Under the pieces are notes generated by a model. That model was not told the DNA's origin. It saw nothing but the letters and a program-made list of their open reading frames with translations, and did no database searches. 64,000 nucleotides of DNA from Opitutales bacterium (GTDB taxonomy: Bacteria > Verrucomicrobiota > Verrucomicrobiia > Opitutales > Coraliomargaritaceae): the NCBI GenBank assembly GCA_049598495.1, contig JBMYNR010000003.1, positions 33,569 through 97,568 on the forward strand, given 5' to 3'. Position numbers and translations under genes: made by a program. How positions within the stretch are numbered: position 1 is the first letter of the stretch; each line of letters begins with the position of its first letter. Shown piece by piece: positions 52,098-62,772 of the stretch.

Positions 52098-53909
52098 ATG
52101 CATCGAAACGCTTCCATACGGCTCCTTATCCTCTGTCTCACCGCTTTCACGGCAAATGCAGAAGTGACAGTCACCGCAACCTTCAACCCGCCCCGTGTCA
52201 TGCGGGGTGACAAGGCCCGTTACATCATTGAAATCAAAGAAAGCAGCGACAGCACTCGCCCCTCCATACAAGAGGTCGATAGCCTGCCAATCCCAGGTGT
52301 TGACGGTCTCGAATTGAGTAACGGCCGCACCTCTGTCGGCGGACAGCAGCTCACCATTATCAACGGCGTTACCAAATATAGCGTGAGCCAGCAGCTAATG
52401 ATCGACGCCAAAGCTTCGCAAACCGGGCGATACACAATCCCCGCTTATGTATTTCAATACGGCGACGACTCGCTGCGGGTGCCCGCCGCAACACTCGAGG
52501 TGACCGAACGCACGGCGAGTGCCCCACCCCCAACGGATGAGTTAATCTTTCTACAAGTCGATAAGCCTGAGCAGCTCTACGTCGGGCAAACCGCCGAAAT
52601 CCTACTTAAAATGTATATCTCCGAACAGGTCCGCTTCCAAAGCCTCGTTAGCTTCGACCGAAACGCGGACAGTTTCACCATCAGCGAACTCCCGGATCCC
52701 CGAGAAAGTCTGGAGGTCTATAAGGGTAGAAACTATCGCTTACTGAGCTGGCCGTTGACAGTCACTCCGATCCAAAGTGGCGACCAGAAGCTCAGTTTTC
52801 AATTCACAGTCGCAGCACAAATGCCCGGACAAAATCCCAGCCTCGATCCTTTCGGGCGGCGCGGCTTCGGAACGAGTATATTCGATGACTTCTTTGGTCG
52901 CACCGAACGTTTTACTCTCTACACAGACCCCACTCAAATCGAAGTGCTCCCACTCCCCAACACGAATCAACCGGACAGTTTTTCGGGAGCCATTGGCAGC
53001 TTCGCAATGAACGTCTCCACCGATCGGGAGGCAACCGATCAAGGAGAGCCGATCATGCTATCCATCGAAATCTCCGGCGAAGGTAATTTCGACCGACTGA
53101 ACGGACCTTCGATTAGCGACAGCCCAAATTGGCGCAGCTACAAGCCGGAGTCTATATTTACACCCGGCACGGACAACAGCCGTATACGTGGCAGGAAACG
53201 TTTTGACTACGTCATGATCCCCGATGCGACAGGCGAATTAACACTTCCGAAAGCCGCATTCGCCTACTTCGATCCGGGCACCGGAGAATACGTAGAATTA
53301 ACGGCGCCCAAAATAACGATCGCGGTCAACCCTTCAAGCTCGGCAAGCGCGTCTGTCGCGACACAAGAGCTTCTATCTACTCAGGAGACTGAAATAATCG
53401 CACAACCCGTGCAAAAAGAGCTCAGCGTAGAGGAAGCCTTTCTCTCGCTGGATTACCAAACAGATCGCAGGGGGCCGAGTGACACACCAATCACTCAGAA
53501 CACCTGGTTCTGGGCAGGCAACACACTGGTAGGCTCGCTCCTGGCGGCAGCCTACTGGATCATCCGAAGAAACCGCCGCCTGCAAGAGGACCCTATTTAT
53601 GCCGAACAGCATGCACTCAAGCAGGAACTTGGCCAAGCTAGGAAACAAGCCTTAGCCTCAGAGAATCCGGAAGTATTCTACGAGTCTGGCCAACTGTGTA
53701 TTCGACTCGCCGCTAGCTACCGTAGCGGAAAGAACCTGCGCACAGCAACTGCCGCGCAGATTCATCACAGCGGTATCGGCAAGGAAGTCGCAGAGGATAT
53801 CAACGCTCTCTTCAAAGCCGCAGATGCCCACCGCTTCTCTCAAAGCGAAAACAGGGGCGATCTCATATCTGCAAAGCGCGATCTGGAAAGGATCCTGAAA
53901 GCGATATGA
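52098..53909 (+). CDS. batD: BatD family protein
   Basis: Signal peptide, IING, GRYTIP, YVGQ, V.PLP, FSGAIG.F, YFDP..GEY, C-terminal TM. Confidence 0.85.
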   Translation: MHRNASIRLLILCLTAFTANAEVTVTATFNPPRVMRGDKARYIIEIKESSDSTRPSIQEVDSLPIPGVDGLELSNGRTSVGGQQLTIINGVTKYSVSQQLMIDAKASQTGRYTIPAYVFQYGDDSLRVPAATLEVTERTASAPPPTDELIFLQVDKPEQLYVGQTAEILLKMYISEQVRFQSLVSFDRNADSFTISELPDPRESLEVYKGRNYRLLSWPLTVTPIQSGDQKLSFQFTVAAQMPGQNPSLDPFGRRGFGTSIFDDFFGRTERFTLYTDPTQIEVLPLPNTNQPDSFSGAIGSFAMNVSTDREATDQGEPIMLSIEISGEGNFDRLNGPSISDSPNWRSYKPESIFTPGTDNSRIRGRKRFDYVMIPDATGELTLPKAAFAYFDPGTGEYVELTAPKITIAVNPSSSASASVATQELLSTQETEIIAQPVQKELSVEEAFLSLDYQTDRRGPSDTPITQNTWFWAGNTLVGSLLAAAYWIIRRNRRLQEDPIYAEQHALKQELGQARKQALASENPEVFYESGQLCIRLAASYRSGKNLRTATAAQIHHSGIGKEVAEDINALFKAADAHRFSQSENRGDLISAKRDLERILKAI

Positions 53910-54631
53910 ACGCCCTAAGACTTCTTCTGAAACTTGCTTGCGTCAGCCTAATGTTGGCAAATGTCCTCCGCGCGGACTCTTTCGACCAGGGTATCGACGC
54001 CTATCACGCGTCCGAATACGCAGAAGCAATCCAACACCTTGAAGCCAGCCTACAATCCGCCGAAAATCCCGCTGCGCGACACAATCTGGCTCTCTGCTAT
54101 TTTCAGACGGGGCGCCTCGGCGAGGCCACCTGGCAACTCGAACAGGCCACGCGCCTGGCGCCGCTCAACGCAAGCTATCAGTTTAAACTGAGGACCCTTC
54201 GCCAAGAGCTCGGTCTCTACGAAAGTCCTGCTCGCTGGTGGCAAATGGGGAGCTCCTTTCTATCGGCGAGCACCTGGGCTCTTCTGCTGGCCGGCTGCTT
54301 TTGGTTGTCGCTTGCCCTCTTCCTGATTCCATCTGCACACGGGAAAAGCCGGTCACTTGTCTTTAAACTGGCAAAAGCGCTCTGCGTGACAGGCCTACTG
54401 CTGAGTATCACCGCACTGACAATCCGACAACGGACCCTGCCTTCAGGACTCGTCATTGCCGACGAAGCAGTAACCTTGCGCCACGCTCCCGCTGCAGCGG
54501 CGCCCGAGGCCGGCGTCGCCCGTCCTGGTGAGCGCCTGATGATAAGCGAAACATACGCGGACTTCGTTAAGGTAGAGACCGAGGCTGAGATCGTCGGTTG
54601 GTTACCTGCCGACACCTTCCGCCCCCTATAG
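53906..54631 (+). CDS. batE: BatE-like TPR/SH3 protein
   Basis: Signal peptide, TPR (HNLALCY), two TM helices, SH3-like end (GWLP). Confidence 0.78.
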   Translation: MNALRLLLKLACVSLMLANVLRADSFDQGIDAYHASEYAEAIQHLEASLQSAENPAARHNLALCYFQTGRLGEATWQLEQATRLAPLNASYQFKLRTLRQELGLYESPARWWQMGSSFLSASTWALLLAGCFWLSLALFLIPSAHGKSRSLVFKLAKALCVTGLLLSITALTIRQRTLPSGLVIADEAVTLRHAPAAAAPEAGVARPGERLMISETYADFVKVETEAEIVGWLPADTFRPL

Positions 54632-54648
54632 TCGGAGCCGCGCCCCAA

Positions 54649-54747
54649 AATAATTGGAATCATTCCAATTATTCCTTGAAATCAGGGAGATTCCGCATTG
54701 TTTCGATAATTAGAATAATTATCGTTATAAACTGGAATCATTCTTAT
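54649..54747. promoter_or_regulatory. Three palindromic Fur-family (PerR/Irr-like) operator candidates
   Basis: Perfect 12-1-12 AATAATTGGAAT-C-ATTCCAATTATT (54649-54673), 9-3-9 CGATAATTA-GAA-TAATTATCG (54704-54724), and ACTGGAATCATTCTTAT (54731-54747). Confidence 0.7.
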
Positions 54748-54754
54748 TTTAAAG

Positions 54755-55186
54755 ATGCGTCTCGAACCCAGATATAAAAAACTACTGGACAATGCCTTAG
54801 AGTCTAGTGGCCAGCGCGCCACGAAGCAGCGTGAGCATATATATGCCCTTCTACTCGAGCGCCCGAACCACCCGACTGCCGACGAGATCTATGCCCGCGC
54901 GAAGGAGGAGATGCCCACCATTTCCCTGGCAACGGTTTACAACTGTCTCGAAACCCTTGCTGAAACCAAGCTCATCCGCCAGGTGAATTTCGAGCGCGAG
55001 CCCACTCGCTACTGCCCAAACCTAACCAAGCACGCCCACTTCTATTGCCGCGAAAGTGGCGAGATTGTCGACGTCGAACTGTCCGACAGCCTCCTCGACG
55101 AATTAATGAAGGTGCTACCAGAAGGCTTTACGGCGAAGCACATCGAAATCTCGTATGACGGCGCCTGCAACGACTGCAAGGACTAG
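54755..55186 (+). CDS. Fur family transcriptional repressor (PerR/Irr-like)
   Basis: [28 protein letters not shown], terminal CNDC. Confidence 0.9.
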   Translation: MRLEPRYKKLLDNALESSGQRATKQREHIYALLLERPNHPTADEIYARAKEEMPTISLATVYNCLETLAETKLIRQVNFEREPTRYCPNLTKHAHFYCRESGEIVDVELSDSLLDELMKVLPEGFTAKHIEISYDGACNDCKD

Positions 55187-55237
55187 ATGTTAATCCATCT
55201 AACTTCCAATGACTATCTTCTAACTTCTTAAAAAATC

Positions 55238-56011
55238 ATGAACACACTGGAAATCAAAAATCTCAACGTCTCAATCAATGATCAGCCGATTCTCAAGGAC
55301 TTCAGTCTGACCATCCCGAAGGGAGAAGTACACGCACTCATGGGCCCAAACGGAACCGGCAAAAGTACACTCGCCAAAGTCATGGCCGGCCACGAGGACT
55401 ACACGGTGGAAAGCGGAGAAATTCTTCTCGATGGCGAGAGCATCCTCGGACAGGAACCGGATGAGATTTCGCACGCAGGCCTCTTTCTCGCCTTCCAATA
55501 CCCGATGGAGATACCCGGCGTCTCGATTGCCAATTTCATCCGTGCCGCCAAGCAAGCCCGCCTCCCCGAAGGCGAAGAGGTCAATGCTGTTGATTACTAC
55601 AAAGAGCTCTATGAGAAGATGGATTCGCTCAAAATCGACCGCAAATTTACCGCGCGCTCACTCAATGAAGGTTTCTCCGGAGGTGAGAAAAAGCGCTGCG
55701 AAATTCTCCAGATGGCCATGCTTGATCCGAAATATTGCGTTATGGACGAGACCGACTCCGGTCTCGATATCGACGCCCTTCGCATCGTCTCCGAGGGCGT
55801 CAACCACATGCGCAGCGAAGACCGCGGCTTCCTCGTCATCACCCACTACCAACGCCTCCTAGATTACATCGTGCCGGATGTCGTCCATGTCATGTTCGAT
55901 GGGCGTATTGTCCACAGCGGGGACAAGGAACTGGCCAAGGAACTCGAAAGTAAGGGCTATGACTGGGTCAAAGAGGAATTCGCAACAACAACAACAACAA
56001 CAACTGCGTAG
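55238..56011 (+). CDS. sufC: Fe-S cluster assembly ATPase SufC
   Basis: [47 protein letters not shown]. Confidence 0.97.
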   Translation: MNTLEIKNLNVSINDQPILKDFSLTIPKGEVHALMGPNGTGKSTLAKVMAGHEDYTVESGEILLDGESILGQEPDEISHAGLFLAFQYPMEIPGVSIANFIRAAKQARLPEGEEVNAVDYYKELYEKMDSLKIDRKFTARSLNEGFSGGEKKRCEILQMAMLDPKYCVMDETDSGLDIDALRIVSEGVNHMRSEDRGFLVITHYQRLLDYIVPDVVHVMFDGRIVHSGDKELAKELESKGYDWVKEEFATTTTTTTA

Positions 56012-56054
56012 CATCTTTTACCTCCTATCTTCTAAATTCTAACTCCTTAGAACA

Positions 56055-57479
56055 ATGTCTGATCTCGATTTAACTGAACAGGACGAAGCCATACGCGTCG
56101 ATACCGAGAAGGGGAATTTCCACTACCCGGAAGACTATGCCTATGATGCCGGCGTGGGCCTCAACGAGGACACCATCAACTATATCTCCGATGTAAAAAA
56201 GGAGGCCGACTGGATACGCGAGTTCCGCCTCAAGGCACTCGAGATTTTTAACAAGAAGCCCATGCCGACCAAATGGGCCGACAAAGACCTTGAGAACATC
56301 GAGTTCGACAAGATTCGCTACTATCTCTCCAAAGGCCAGCAACCGTCTCGTTCTTGGGATGAAGTGCCGGACGATGTCAAGGAGACCTTCGAACGCCTGG
56401 GAATTCCCGAGCAGGAGCGCAAGTTCCTCGCCGGCGTGGAAGCCCAGTTCGACTCGGAAGCGGCCTACTCACGCATGAAGGAGGATCTTGAAAAAGAGGG
56501 TGTCATTTTCGTGGGCTCGACCGAGGGCCTCGAAAAATACCCTGAAATCTTCCGCCCCTACTTCGGCAAGGTCATCCCGACCGCGGACAACAAGTTCTCC
56601 GCACTCAACAGCGCAACTTTCTCCGGCGGCAGTTTCATCTACGTACCGAAGGGTGTGAAGCTCAAGCAACCCCTCCAAGCCTACTTCCGAATCAATGCGG
56701 AGAACTTCGGGCAGTTTGAGCGTACCCTCATCATTGCCGATGAGGACTCGGAGATCACCTACATGGAGGGCTGCACCGCACCGAAGTTTGAAACCGCCAC
56801 GCTTCACAGCGCAGTCGTCGAACTCGTTGCTCTAAAGAACGCCAAGATCCAGTACATCACGGTCCAAAACTGGTCTTCCAACGTCTTCAATCTAGTGACC
56901 AAGCGCGGCATGGCCGACGAGGGTGCCGAAGTGAAGTGGATCGACTGCAACATCGGTTCCCGACTAACTATGAAGTATCCGGGCGTTGTCCTCAAGGGCC
57001 AGGGCGCCCGGGGCGAAGTGCTCTCCATCGCGCTGGCCAACGACGGTCAGCACCAAGATACCGGCGCCAAGATGATGCACCTTGCGGATAACACCACGAG
57101 TAACATTATCTCCAAGTCGATCTCCATTGGCGAGGGCCGCTCAACCTACCGCGGGCAGGTCCACATGCCAAAACATCTAAAGAATTGTAAGAACAATACC
57201 GAGTGCGACGCCTTACTCATTAATACGAACAGTCGGACTGACACGTATCCTGCGATCACCACCCGCGGCCAGAACAACACCGTACAACACGAAGCCAGCG
57301 TCTCCAAGGTCAGCGCTGAACAGATCTTCTACATGATGCAGCGCGGCCTTTCCGAGGGCGAAGCCATGAGCCTCGCCGTCAACGGTTTCGTCAATGATCT
57401 GATGAAGGCCTTTCCGATGGAATACTCCGTCGAACTTAAGCGCCTTATCGATATGGAAATGGAAGGCTCCGTCGGGTAA
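56055..57479 (+). CDS. sufB: Fe-S cluster assembly protein SufB
   Basis: [43 protein letters not shown] end. Confidence 0.97.
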   Translation: MSDLDLTEQDEAIRVDTEKGNFHYPEDYAYDAGVGLNEDTINYISDVKKEADWIREFRLKALEIFNKKPMPTKWADKDLENIEFDKIRYYLSKGQQPSRSWDEVPDDVKETFERLGIPEQERKFLAGVEAQFDSEAAYSRMKEDLEKEGVIFVGSTEGLEKYPEIFRPYFGKVIPTADNKFSALNSATFSGGSFIYVPKGVKLKQPLQAYFRINAENFGQFERTLIIADEDSEITYMEGCTAPKFETATLHSAVVELVALKNAKIQYITVQNWSSNVFNLVTKRGMADEGAEVKWIDCNIGSRLTMKYPGVVLKGQGARGEVLSIALANDGQHQDTGAKMMHLADNTTSNIISKSISIGEGRSTYRGQVHMPKHLKNCKNNTECDALLINTNSRTDTYPAITTRGQNNTVQHEASVSKVSAEQIFYMMQRGLSEGEAMSLAVNGFVNDLMKAFPMEYSVELKRLIDMEMEGSVG

Positions 57480-57533
57480 TGCCGACTGAACATCGGACGT
57501 CCAACTTCGAACATTCATCCGCCATCACCTAAA

Positions 57534-58835
57534 ATGAATACAACTTTGGAAAATCCTAAAGAAACCCTTTCCTCCGGAGAACCTGCATGGCTGGCCGAGC
57601 GCCGCGCTGCCGGCATCGACCGATTCAAAAACCTGCCCATGCCAAAAGCCCGAGACGAAGAATGGCGTTTCGCCAGCGTCGGCAAGCTCAGCATAGACGA
57701 CTTCAAACCGGTTGATGCACCTGCCAATGGCACACTCGATGCACTCACTGACCGCTCCGACCTCGTCACCGATCGAGCCGGCCGCTGCGTTTATGTGGAC
57801 GATGCCCTCGCCAACTTCGAATGCATCTCAAAGGAACTGGCGGATCAGGGCGTCATCTACCTGCCCATCTCTGATGCCATTGAACTCCATCCGGAGCTAA
57901 TGGAAAAATACTTTCTGAAGGAATCGACCGAACTCGGCTCGCAAAAATTCTTCGGCCTCCACGCAGCCAGCGTAAAAGCGGGCGCTATACTCTACCTGCC
58001 TAAAGGTGTCGAGATCGCGAAGCCCTTTGTTAACTACTACTGGGCGAGCACCGAACGGACCGCCATCTTCCCGCATACGCTCATCATCGCGGAGGACAAC
58101 GCCAAGCTTTCTGTCGTTGATGTCTTCTTCTCCGAAACAGATGAGAACGAGGCTCTCAATGTATCCGTCTCCAACATCCACGCCGGCGCCGGCGCTCAGG
58201 TCTTCCGAAAGGTTGTGCAAGACTGGAATGAGAAAACCACCTCCTTCCAACTCGACACCACCGTCGCCGAGCGTGACGCCCGGGTCAATAACATCGCCGT
58301 CAATATCGGCGCCAAGCGCGCCCGCTTCGAGAACCAGACCCGAATCGAGGGCCCCGGTGCAGACGTAAAGATGTATTCACTTACCGTGGCTGAAGAGACG
58401 CAGGAATTTGACCAGCGCACATTTCAGACACACAACGCGCCCAATGCCGTCTCTGACCTGCTCTATAAAAACGCTCTACTCGACCATGCCCGTACGATTT
58501 TCTCGGGTCTGATCAAGGTTGCCGAGGGTGCCCAGCAAACGGACGCCTATCAAACCAATCGCAACCTACTACTCGACCCAAGTGCCGATGCCAACGCCCT
58601 CCCCGGCTTGGAAATCCTCGCCAATGATGTACGCTGCTCCCACGGAGCCACCACCGGTAATGTCGATGACGAAGAACTCTTCTACATGATGCAGCGGGGT
58701 ATTCCAAAACGCGTGGCCATGCAATTAATGGTCTTTGGATTCTTCGAGGAAGTGATCGAAAAGATAGAAAACGAAGAACTCGCCGAAAATCTCCGCTTGC
58801 TCATCCATAAGAAATTCGATTCGAAGATAACTTAA
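57534..58835 (+). CDS. sufD: Fe-S cluster assembly protein SufD
   Basis: [44 protein letters not shown]. Confidence 0.93.
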   Translation: MNTTLENPKETLSSGEPAWLAERRAAGIDRFKNLPMPKARDEEWRFASVGKLSIDDFKPVDAPANGTLDALTDRSDLVTDRAGRCVYVDDALANFECISKELADQGVIYLPISDAIELHPELMEKYFLKESTELGSQKFFGLHAASVKAGAILYLPKGVEIAKPFVNYYWASTERTAIFPHTLIIAEDNAKLSVVDVFFSETDENEALNVSVSNIHAGAGAQVFRKVVQDWNEKTTSFQLDTTVAERDARVNNIAVNIGAKRARFENQTRIEGPGADVKMYSLTVAEETQEFDQRTFQTHNAPNAVSDLLYKNALLDHARTIFSGLIKVAEGAQQTDAYQTNRNLLLDPSADANALPGLEILANDVRCSHGATTGNVDDEELFYMMQRGIPKRVAMQLMVFGFFEEVIEKIENEELAENLRLLIHKKFDSKIT

Positions 58836-58968
58836 AGCCTAAGGCTTTAGGGATGACGAATGGGTGATGAATGATGTCTGATTGATCTAACATCAATCCA
58901 TCCTCACTTATTCGCCATCAATCATCATTCCTCCCGCATCCACCATCATTCCTCCCGCATCAATCACC

Positions 58969-59508
58969 ATGGATGATTCCCGCACACTCACTCGCGAAGT
59001 CGAAGCCACTCTCATTCCCCAAGGCACGCCTATGAGCCTGCCTGAGGGTGAGACCGTCACCATCACCCACCGGCTCGGCGGTAACTTTACCGTAATGACC
59101 CACAACGGCATGTTCCGAATCAAAGGCATCGATGGCGATGCGCTGGGAGAAGAAGTGGCCGAGGCCACCAAGGCCGAGGCCGATCACGATGGTCCGCCCG
59201 AGAACGACGCACTTTGGGAAGCGCTCCGGAAGGTCTTCGACCCGGAAATTCCCGTCAATATTGTCGATCTTGGGCTCGTCTACTCACTCGAGAGCAAGGA
59301 GCGCCTGGAGGGTGGCCACAAAATCGATATGGATATGACCCTAACCGCCCCCGGTTGCGGCATGGGCCCGGCCATCGCCGAGGACGCCAAGGGCCAGCTT
59401 GAGAGCGTTCCCGGTGTCAGCGAAGCCGAGGTCAACATCGTCTGGGATCCTCCCTGGAATCAGGATATGATTACCGAAGAGGGAAAAATGATCCTCGGAC
59501 TCGTCTAG
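58969..59508 (+). CDS. sufT: SufT / DUF59 Fe-S assembly protein
   Basis: [34 protein letters not shown]-terminal IP.G...LGG..TV domain. Confidence 0.9.
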   Translation: MDDSRTLTREVEATLIPQGTPMSLPEGETVTITHRLGGNFTVMTHNGMFRIKGIDGDALGEEVAEATKAEADHDGPPENDALWEALRKVFDPEIPVNIVDLGLVYSLESKERLEGGHKIDMDMTLTAPGCGMGPAIAEDAKGQLESVPGVSEAEVNIVWDPPWNQDMITEEGKMILGLV

Positions 59509-59542
59509 AGCCGATTGCGTTTAGTTAGAACTTCTGGTGAGA
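59506..59542 (+). repeat. MITE/IS-like terminal sequence, copy B (overlaps the sufT stop codon)
   Basis: TAGAGCCGATTGCGTTTAGTTAGAACTTCTGGTGAGA. Confidence 0.8.
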
Positions 59543-59628
59543 AATCTTTCCTACGATCCGTCACAGCAACTTAACAATTTCACCGCGAAATTGAAACGCA
59601 ATGCGTATATTATTCTAATATTGCCATC

Positions 59629-59644
59629 TGGCATCGAACCTGCT
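59629..59644 (+). promoter_or_regulatory. Sigma54 (-24/-12) promoter of the PEP-CTERM gene
   Basis: TGGCATCGAACCTGCT with exact GG-N10-GC spacing, ending 45 nt before the ATG. Confidence 0.65.
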
Positions 59645-59689
59645 GCTTTTTGATACTCTAGGACAACCAAATACTGTAATCACAACGCC

Positions 59690-60268
59690 ATGAAACTCAC
59701 AAAGACCCGATTTCTTGCCGGAGCATCAGTATTACTTGTATCAGTAGGACAGGCTGCTTTTACCATCGATCTAACTGGCAACAACGCTTACGACGATGAG
59801 AACCCACTACTCATTCCGTTCATTGATAGCGGCAACTCGGCGACGATTTCCCTTGTCCCTACTGGCGGATCTTTCAACTCAAACTCAGGTGACTTCGGCA
59901 TCGGTGACGACCAAATTAATGGTACGTCTGAGATCGTAACCATCACTTTCAATGAAGACATCCTATTTAACTTCATCGATTTTGGTGGCGTGGGTGCAGA
60001 TGCCAGCGACGGTGTGAGCTTCTCTATCGGTGGATCTATCACAAATCTCTTCACTGGAGTTACCGGCTTCAATGGTAGCAGCGACATATACACACCGACC
60101 TCACCAGTGGCACTTGCAACTGGTGAAAGTATAATTATCACTGGATCATCCACCACTTCTATTTTCGATATCCAAAACCTGAACGTAACTGTCGTCCCTG
60201 AGCCCAGCACTTACGCTCTCCTTGCCGGTATTCTGGCACTGGGCTCCGTCATGCTACGACGCCGCTAA
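59690..60268 (+). CDS. PEP-CTERM sorting domain protein
   Basis: Signal peptide, Ser/Thr/Gly-rich body, and C-terminal VPEPSTYALLAGILALGSVMLRRR. Confidence 0.95.
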   Translation: MKLTKTRFLAGASVLLVSVGQAAFTIDLTGNNAYDDENPLLIPFIDSGNSATISLVPTGGSFNSNSGDFGIGDDQINGTSEIVTITFNEDILFNFIDFGGVGADASDGVSFSIGGSITNLFTGVTGFNGSSDIYTPTSPVALATGESIIITGSSTTSIFDIQNLNVTVVPEPSTYALLAGILALGSVMLRRR

Positions 60269-60287
60269 TCGCGCTGACATCTTTTCG

Positions 60288-60317
60288 AAAGGCCGTTCGT
60301 AAGAACGGCCTTTTTTT
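60288..60317 (+). terminator. Intrinsic terminator after the PEP-CTERM gene
   Basis: AAAGGCCGTTC-GTAA-GAACGGCCTTTTTTT. Confidence 0.88.
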
Positions 60318-60367
60318 GTAGCTGAGGATCGTTATCCAATAATACAGTTTTGAATAAGGTTTGGCCG

Positions 60368-60616
60368 GGTAGGGCGGTTTCGCCGTTCAGAGTCCCGCTA
60401 AGCGGGACGACACGACCGGGCGTGATGCGAACCGGAACAACCGCCGTTCGCCAGTTGGTGACGTCGGTCAATCCACATAATATGGACATACGGTATCGAT
60501 TGCCGAACGGCGCGTGGTCCGATTCTGACCGCCTACGCTACCCCCTCCGCCGCTGGCTACGGCGGACATGTCGGATCGGTTATGTCGCCAGCTCGGAACG
60601 GCGAGCACGCCCTACC
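60368..60616. repeat. REPIN-like element bounded by inverted GTAG-type REPs
   Basis: Left GGTAGGGCGGTTTCGCCGTTC and right GAACGGCGAGCACGCCCTACC (18/21 complementary). Confidence 0.78.
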
Positions 60617-60692
60617 TAGCATAGAGAAATACCTTTTTCGAAACGGTATCAGAGCACATCAGCGATAATACTTCTCTCGAAGAAGTCATACC

Positions 60693-60756
60693 ATCTGCCA
60701 TAAAGTCTGAGCTGGCAGCAAAGCCGGGGACGGACGCCCTAAAGGGCGCACTCCAA
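60693..60756. repeat. Dispersed REP-associated repeat, copy 2
   Basis: Homologous to 35447-35512; ends in CGCCCTAAAGGGCG-CACTCCAA. Confidence 0.78.
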
Positions 60757-60878
60757 CCCTAGAATGCGTGGAGTCTTCATCCAGCTTACCCGTCGCATCA
60801 GCGGTGACGCCGATGAGGCCTCCACCAGCCCAGTGGATCAGACCTTTTGCAAAGAGGTATAATATGGCATTTTGAAAA

Positions 60879-62567
60879 TTATTTTGTCCGCGTCGGGTGC
60901 GCACGGTTAAACGCACTGACTAGGGCATGTAATCCCGCGAGTTCAATATTTGGGTCGATGCCGCAGCCGAAGAAAGTGGTGCCGTCATTGAGTTGTATCT
61001 GGATGTAGGCAGCAGCCTTAGTTTTCGAGCCCGCGCCGATCGAATGCTGCCGGTAGTCCAAGAGTTTGAAGTCCTTCCAGCCTTTATGTTGCAAGGCATC
61101 CACAAAAGCACTGATCGGGCCGTTGCCGTTCCCGACTACCGTCATGCTCTCCTTATTTACACGAATCTCCGCTTCGACTTTCACTTCGCCCGACTTTGAG
61201 AAGTCCTCCCGCTCGATGGAGACGAGCTCCATCGGTGCCGTTAGGTTTACGTATTCTCTCTGGAAGACCTCAAAGACTTCGGCGGGCAGAAGCTCGCGGC
61301 TGCCTTGGTCGGCGGTGTTATTCACAACCAAGCCTACTTCCGGATGCATCGGCTTTGGCAGGTCGAGCCCGAATTCCTTCTCAAGGATGTAAGCGACACC
61401 ACCTTTGCCGCTCTGGCTGTTGATCCGGATAATGGCTTCATAGTCTCGCCCAATATCCTCCGGGTCGATGGCGAGGTAGGGAACTTCCCAGCGTTCAGAA
61501 CCTGAGCCGTTATTCTTTGCGCGGGCGTCCATACCCTTCTTGATGGCATCCTGATGGGAGCCGGAGAAAGCAGTGAAAACGAGATTGCCTGCGTAAGGGT
61601 GGCGGTCGTGCACGGTCATACGCGTCACCCGTTCGTAGACTGAACGGATCTCCTCCAGTTTACTAAAATCAAGCATGGGGTCGACACCTTGCGCGTAGAG
61701 ATTCAAGGCCACCGTGACGATATCGAGGTTGCCTGTGCGCTCTCCATTGCCGAAGAGTGTGCCCTCCACACGGTCGGCACCGGCAAGGAGGCCGAGTTCA
61801 GTCGCCGCGACGCCAGTGCCGCGGTCGTTGTGGGTGTGTAGGCTGATATAGGCCTTATTGCGTTCTTTCAGGTTGCGACAGAACCACTCAATCTGATCCG
61901 CGTGTACGTTGGGAGTGGCCACCTCAACTGTAGCCGGTAGATTCAGGACAATTTTATTCTCTACGGTAGGACCCCACTCTTCCATGACGGCCTCGCAGAC
62001 TTCCAGAGCGTATTCAACCTCTGTATCGGAAAAACTCTCCGGCGAATATTCCATCCGAACATGGGTATCGGGAATCGTCGGCACGAGACGCTTCACCATC
62101 CGAGTCCCTTCTACTGCGATCTGTTTGATCTCCTCCTTCGATTTATTGAATGTCACACGACGCTGCACAGGCGAAGTCGAGTTGTAGAGGTGGACGATTG
62201 CATTGGAAACGCCCTCCAGACTCTCGAAGGTGCGACGAATAAGATGCTCTCTTGCCTGCACGAGCACTTGGACTGTCACATCTTCGGGGATCCTGTTTTC
62301 GTCCACGAGGCGGCGGATAAATTTAAACTCCGTTTCACTGGCTGACGGAAAGCCTACCTCGATCTCCTTGAAGCCGATCCGAACAAGGAGTTCAAACATC
62401 TCCACTTTTTCATCCACCGTCATCGGGATGGCCAGTGCTTGGTTACCGTCACGCAGATCGACGCTCGTCCAAATGGGCGGCTTCGTGATGATACGGCCCG
62501 GCCATTGGCGGTCGGGTAAATCGATCTGTGGAAAAGGGGTGTATTTTGTGATCTTGCCCTGTTGCAT
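60879..62567 (-). CDS. leuA: 2-isopropylmalate synthase (yeast/actinobacterial-type)
   Basis: SVDLRDGNQAL, IEVGFPSAS, EYSPESF, HTHNDRG, GNGERTGN, AFSGSHQDAI, IRINSQSGKGG, GNGPI. Start taken at ATG 62567. Confidence 0.96.
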   Translation of the reverse strand: MQQGKITKYTPFPQIDLPDRQWPGRIITKPPIWTSVDLRDGNQALAIPMTVDEKVEMFELLVRIGFKEIEVGFPSASETEFKFIRRLVDENRIPEDVTVQVLVQAREHLIRRTFESLEGVSNAIVHLYNSTSPVQRRVTFNKSKEEIKQIAVEGTRMVKRLVPTIPDTHVRMEYSPESFSDTEVEYALEVCEAVMEEWGPTVENKIVLNLPATVEVATPNVHADQIEWFCRNLKERNKAYISLHTHNDRGTGVAATELGLLAGADRVEGTLFGNGERTGNLDIVTVALNLYAQGVDPMLDFSKLEEIRSVYERVTRMTVHDRHPYAGNLVFTAFSGSHQDAIKKGMDARAKNNGSGSERWEVPYLAIDPEDIGRDYEAIIRINSQSGKGGVAYILEKEFGLDLPKPMHPEVGLVVNNTADQGSRELLPAEVFEVFQREYVNLTAPMELVSIEREDFSKSGEVKVEAEIRVNKESMTVVGNGNGPISAFVDALQHKGWKDFKLLDYRQHSIGAGSKTKAAAYIQIQLNDGTTFFGCGIDPNIELAGLHALVSAFNRAHPTRTK

Positions 62568-62772
62568 GCTACTGAATGAAAAAATGAGTGAGTTAGAATG
62601 CGGTTTGGAGGAAATCGAAAGCGAATATCTCGGACGCTTCGAGTTGTGGAGTCTCAGCTCCTGAACTTGTAGTCGGGCTCGCAGCCCGGACGAATCTTCA
62701 CGCATCCCCCTAGGGGAGCCGCTTAGGCAGGCATAGAACTCGGGTAGGATTCGTATTTCCCAACATGTAAGT

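Noticed and set aside
60350..60619. 89-aa ORF and overlapping small ORFs after the PEP-CTERM gene
   Set aside because: They coincide with the REPIN-like repeat and have no protein features.
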